Source: an uncultured Methanosarcinales archaeon
GTDB lineage: Archaea > Halobacteriota > Methanosarcinia > Methanotrichales > Methanotrichaceae
NCBI GenBank assembly: GCA_963843555.1
Contig: CAWJKV010000015.1
Location: 32,001-96,000, forward strand
Direction: 5' to 3'
Length of the DNA stretch: 64,000 bases
In this document: positions 60,230 through 64,000 of the stretch, piece after piece
Position numbering within the stretch: position 1 is the stretch's first letter
Layout: each line of letters starts with the position of its first letter
Translations under genes and position numbers: made by a program
The notes under the pieces: generated by a model
Database searches by the model: none
What the model was told of the DNA's origin: nothing
The model's input: the letters and a program-made list of their open reading frames with translations, nothing else

Positions 60230-60841
60230 TCACTTTTTATAGATCCATGGGCAATGGCTTCCCTTCCAGGGAATCATCCTAGGCACCTTTTTCTGGTAAT
60301 CATTGTACTCTTTTCCGAACTGAGCCAAGAGCCTCGTTTCCCAATGCATCGACCCCAGATAAAGGTAAAGGGATGCCAACAGATATGTTACTAAAAGCTT
60401 TGTGGTCATGAATGGAGTCATCCACATCCCCAACAAACCCGAAATAAGAAATGGATCTCGAACATAACAGTAGACGCCTCGCGGCACGAGAGGCTTTGTC
60501 TCTTTCGATTTTGAAAGCTGCTGGCCAATAGAAAATCGGTGTGGTGAATCTGTAAAGCCCTTGACAATCCATGCTGCAGACAATAGCTGCACACCTACCA
60601 TGAGCCAGCGCCAAGGCGAGGAGATGACATAGAGCTTCCGGCCGGGAAACAACAGCAACATCATCGCCAGCGGAATAAATGTAATTGTGGCAAAGATGCT
60701 GTAGAATATCATATACCAACGAGCCATTCCAGGTCCGAAGACGCCCCAGGCAAAATCTTTGAACTGCTTACTGGCAAGCAAGCTATGCATAGCTGCGAAA
60801 GCTATCAGATATGCAACTTGTATTAGACTGGTGAACGACAT
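60230..60841 (-). CDS. Isoprenylcysteine carboxyl methyltransferase/NnrU-like membrane protein
   Basis: HSLLAS, G.Y.YVR.P and E..L...FG.EY..YQ..VP; start at MSFTSL. Confidence 0.8.
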   Translation of the reverse strand: MSFTSLIQVAYLIAFAAMHSLLASKQFKDFAWGVFGPGMARWYMIFYSIFATITFIPLAMMLLLFPGRKLYVISSPWRWLMVGVQLLSAAWIVKGFTDSPHRFSIGQQLSKSKETKPLVPRGVYCYVRDPFLISGLLGMWMTPFMTTKLLVTYLLASLYLYLGSMHWETRLLAQFGKEYNDYQKKVPRMIPWKGSHCPWIYKK

Positions 60842-60887
60842 ACAATCAAGACTCCTGCTAGCCAATGGCTTTGAACCTCTTGGCCAG

Positions 60888-61115
60888 CTACTCACTCCGC
60901 TCATCTGTTTTTTTGACCTCAACGCAATCGTAGATCTCATCGGCAGAGAGGCCAGTGTCATCATTAGCTTTTCCAGCAAGGGTGCAATTGAATAGAGGGG
61001 CATTCTCTCCTTCAACACTATGCTTTTCTCTGTACCATTTCTTGATATACGGAGCCAGAAGCACTACTATTAATATCAATATGCCTAATGCCGCAATTAT
61101 GATGAAGTTGACCAT
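60888..61115 (-). CDS. Small single-pass membrane protein
   Basis: GGAGG RBS; N-terminal TM helix; two Cys residues in the tail. Confidence 0.6.
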   Translation of the reverse strand: MVNFIIIAALGILILIVVLLAPYIKKWYREKHSVEGENAPLFNCTLAGKANDDTGLSADEIYDCVEVKKTDERSE

Positions 61116-61390
61116 GGGAAACCTCCACTATATTGATTCAAGTCCTATTTGTGTATGATATATCTTCAAACCTAAATGTTTTTCCAATATCCAGAAGTAA
61201 TCCCGTTGAACTAGCCCCGGGAAAATGAGGCCAAACTGCAAAAATCTTTACAGACATCGACAGGGCATGCATCACCAAATATCCTCCTCAAGTCACTTGC
61301 AGCGAGCAGGCAGAAAAAGCTTTTTATGCAATCCTTCCCCGATAAGTTTGGCAAAGATCTACAAAGATCTACCATACTTTCATTGCCAGG

Positions 61391-61870
61391 TTGATGAAAG
61401 AGATGAGCGTGCACAGCGGCGGAATCCTGTTATTCAGATTCAGAGAAGATAGGCTGCAAGTGCTGCTTGTCCATCCGGGAGGCCCTTTTTGGACTGGGAA
61501 GGATGAGGGCGCCTGGTCGATGCCAAAAGGGGTATTTGAAGAGCGGGAAAGCCCACTTGATGCCGCAAAAAGGGAATTCAAAGAGGAAACGGGCTTTGAG
61601 GTTGATGGGCAGTTCATTGAGCTTGGCACTATAAGGCAGCCCAGCAAGAAGATTGTGCATGCGTGGGCACTGCAATTTGATATTGATGACAGTTCTGTTT
61701 CCAGCAATAAATTCACTATGGAGTGGCCGAAAAGATCAGGCATAATGAGAGAATTTCCAGAGATCGACAAGGCTGAATGGTTTGATGCATCGAGTGCTAA
61801 GAAGAAGATTCTCAAGGGGCAGGCAGATTTTATCGATAGACTCATGAAAGCAATCGATTATGTACCATAA
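61391..61870 (+). CDS. NUDIX hydrolase
   Basis: HPGGPFW, PKG....E..LDAAKREFKEETG and EWP..SG...FPEID. Confidence 0.9.
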   Translation: MMKEMSVHSGGILLFRFREDRLQVLLVHPGGPFWTGKDEGAWSMPKGVFEERESPLDAAKREFKEETGFEVDGQFIELGTIRQPSKKIVHAWALQFDIDDSSVSSNKFTMEWPKRSGIMREFPEIDKAEWFDASSAKKKILKGQADFIDRLMKAIDYVP

Positions 61871-62017
61871 AATAGAAGAATAGTGTTCCAGGCAAGCCTA
61901 AAAACGGCCGGAAACAGAAATGGCTGAAAAATAGCCGGTATTCGATCTAGGGATTGCGATATAGAGTTCGCAATCCACGGCCTAGATCATTGACCGCTAA
62001 GATCGCCTTATCGAATA

Positions 62018-62719
62018 TTAAAGCAAAGCCAGCTTTACCTTCTCCACCAGCTCTGCCCTAATGGCGCTCCTGCGGTCTCCCCCGCAGACAATGCCCCGCA
62101 CGCCGATGATGTCCGGCTGCAGGCGCCGGAGGAGCTCCAGGTGCGGGAAGTCGATGCTGCCGGCCAGAGCCACTTCCAGGCCGCTGGCGTGTCCCAGATG
62201 GATGAAATCCTGCAATTCCTCTTCGCTCATGAAGTCGAAGGTCGGCTTTCCATCCTTTATGGCCGTATCCACCATGACCAAATCTGCGCCTGCATTGGCC
62301 GCTGCCGCCGGCAAGAGCAGGGGCGAGATGGAGCCGGCTCGCTCGTAGTCTGAGTAGCCTGATGCTACCACTTTTTTCTGCGGATCGAACTCCTTGACAG
62401 CGCGCACAATACCCACCAGCATCTCTTCTGCCTGGTGGGGAGTCTTCACACCAAGAAGACCTGCTTTGATATATTCAGCGCCTGAAACGGCTGCGCCTAA
62501 AGCCGCCAGACTTGCCGTGCCTGGTTTAAATTCCAGATCTCCGATGGTGGCGCTCACGGGCACCCGACCTCTGGCCAGGTCTGCTACGGCCCGGATGGCC
62601 CAGGGAAAGTTCGCGCCCAGGGATCCTTCACGGGGATTCTTCACATCCAGGATGTCTGCGCCGCCGGCCAGTGCCGCGCGCGCCTCTTCGATATTCATGG
62701 GGCTAACCAACAATCTCAT
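62018..62719 (-). CDS. mfnB: (5-formylfuran-3-yl)methyl phosphate synthase (4-HFC-P synthase), methanofuran biosynthesis
   Basis: LLVSP, DVKNP.EGSLGA, SATIGD, YIKAGL, DTAIKDG, ALAGS and GVRG. Confidence 0.93.
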   Translation of the reverse strand: MRLLVSPMNIEEARAALAGGADILDVKNPREGSLGANFPWAIRAVADLARGRVPVSATIGDLEFKPGTASLAALGAAVSGAEYIKAGLLGVKTPHQAEEMLVGIVRAVKEFDPQKKVVASGYSDYERAGSISPLLLPAAAANAGADLVMVDTAIKDGKPTFDFMSEEELQDFIHLGHASGLEVALAGSIDFPHLELLRRLQPDIIGVRGIVCGGDRRSAIRAELVEKVKLALL

Positions 62720-62747
62720 ATTCACCCAATCCCGATAAGAGCAAATT

Positions 62748-63438
62748 GTGCGGTGCATCTTCGTCCTCGATATACTTAATGGTGCTGTTGTCCATGCGTT
62801 CCGAGGTGAGAGGAACCGATACGAACCCATAGCCAGTTACAGCAAGATCGTCTCCTCTTCCGAGCCGCTCGACATTCTTCACGAACTTCAGTCCCCGGGA
62901 GGTCTATGTCGCAGACCTGGATCTGCTGACTGGTCGGGGCGAAAATCTGGAGATAATAAAAAAAATATCCAGCATGGCAAAGACCATGGCGGATACTGGC
63001 ATCTCAGTGGCAAGCGATCTTGATTGCCTGCCGGCGTCCGTTTGCCCTATCCTGGGAACGGAGACCGCCTCCTTCCAGCTGATGGAAAAATTGTCCATGC
63101 AAAGGGAGATGGTAGTAAGCCTTGATATGAAGAACCGGACGGTTCTCGCCCGCGAGGCATTGCTGGCGAATCAGACGCCTTTGCAGGTTCTCCAGAGGTT
63201 AAACCATCTGCCGCTGGCAGGCGTCATACTCCTGGAGCTGAACCGGGTGGGCACTTCTTCGGGCCTGGATAAGACATTTCTGGAGAAGGCCGTAGCCGTC
63301 TCCGAGCACCCTCTTATCCTTGGCGGCGGCGTGAAGGATGAGGAAGACCTGCGGGCTCTGGAGGAGATGGGATTTTCTGGAGCGCTGGTAGCCACAGCGG
63401 TACATAATGGGAGCATTCCTGTCAGGTGGATACAGTAA
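62748..63438 (+). CDS. HisA/HisF-related TIM-barrel protein, split by one +1 frameshift (about 62892)
   Basis: VLDILNG.VVHA..G.R..Y.P; then YVADLD in the +1 frame, LGTET, SLD, VGT..G, GGGV and ALVATAVH.G. Confidence 0.85.
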
Positions 63439-63512
63439 CAGAACCGTCCCAGGACCGCAGTCTTCCTTCCCCGGGATCTTCTTTCAGGATAAATTCATTC
63501 CTCTGAACCGGA

Positions 63513-63977
63513 TTAGCCCAGTTTCTTTATCGCTTCAATTACTTCGTCTATGGGTGGCAGTTGCTTCAACTCATAGATTTTAACGAAGACCACTTTTCCA
63601 TTTTCATCTATAAGCACATTGGCCCTCTGGGAATGTCCCTCCGCCTCCCGGAACAGCCCGTAGAGAGACGCAACTCCTCCATGGGGCCAGAAGTCCGCCA
63701 GTATTCGGGTATCAACTATCCCGAGGCTATTTGCCCAGGCTTTTTTGGTGTGAACTGAATCCACGCTCAAGCCCACAGCAACTGTATTCAATGCGTCGAA
63801 GTTCTTCTTGTTCGCCTCCAGGGACTTCATCTGCTCTGCACAGACAGACGTCCATGCCAGGGGGTGAAAGGATAGCAGCACTCTTTTGCCTGCCTGCTCG
63901 GAGAGCTTGAAATCCTTGCCATTCTGATCCTTCAAAGTAAAATCCCTGAACCTATCTCCGACCTTTATGGTCTCCAT
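63513..63977 (-). CDS. Peroxiredoxin (AhpC/TSA family, AhpE/Bcp-like)
   Basis: DFTLKDQNG, FHPLAWTSVC, SVDS, ADFWPHG and RA..LID..G. Confidence 0.92.
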   Translation of the reverse strand: METIKVGDRFRDFTLKDQNGKDFKLSEQAGKRVLLSFHPLAWTSVCAEQMKSLEANKKNFDALNTVAVGLSVDSVHTKKAWANSLGIVDTRILADFWPHGGVASLYGLFREAEGHSQRANVLIDENGKVVFVKIYELKQLPPIDEVIEAIKKLG

Positions 63978-64000
63978 CTGCTTCGTATCAATCTTGGTGG

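Overview
Chromosomal window from a methanogenic archaeon, most consistent with Methanothrix (Methanosaeta). This is inferred from gene content: methanogenesis marker 14, the methanofuran genes mfnB and mfnF, and the rpl18e-rpl13-rps9-rpoN-tRNA-Pro-rpoK-rps2-MEMO1-mvk-ipk-fni-rnj-idsA superoperon. GC-rich housekeeping blocks alternate with AT-rich accessory patches. The most unusual patch (about 5.9-11.0 kb) is made almost entirely of regulators: an unannotated ribbon-helix-helix microprotein, two winged-helix paralogs, an AbrB-like protein, an unannotated zinc-finger microprotein, a candidate anti-Shine-Dalgarno sRNA, and a double-wHTH hybrid histidine kinase whose phosphoacceptor His is Tyr. 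An exact 14-bp motif (CATAATCGTCTATA) lies upstream of three wHTH paralogs up to 42 kb apart. The sRNA candidate has a counterpart of the same architecture at about 55.3 kb. Other highlights are a structured, switch-like leader upstream of rpl18e, a VapBC pair between two decayed NTPase copies, a heptad VNTR acylphosphatase, a degenerate solo Cas4-like gene, and a UV/oxidative-stress cluster (uvsE, DUF523/DUF1722, SOUL, Acg nitroreductase). Nine +1 frameshifts in seven otherwise intact genes suggest sequencing insertion errors rather than true pseudogenes. No CRISPR array, rRNA or transposase was seen. All calls are by eye from motifs; no database searches were run.
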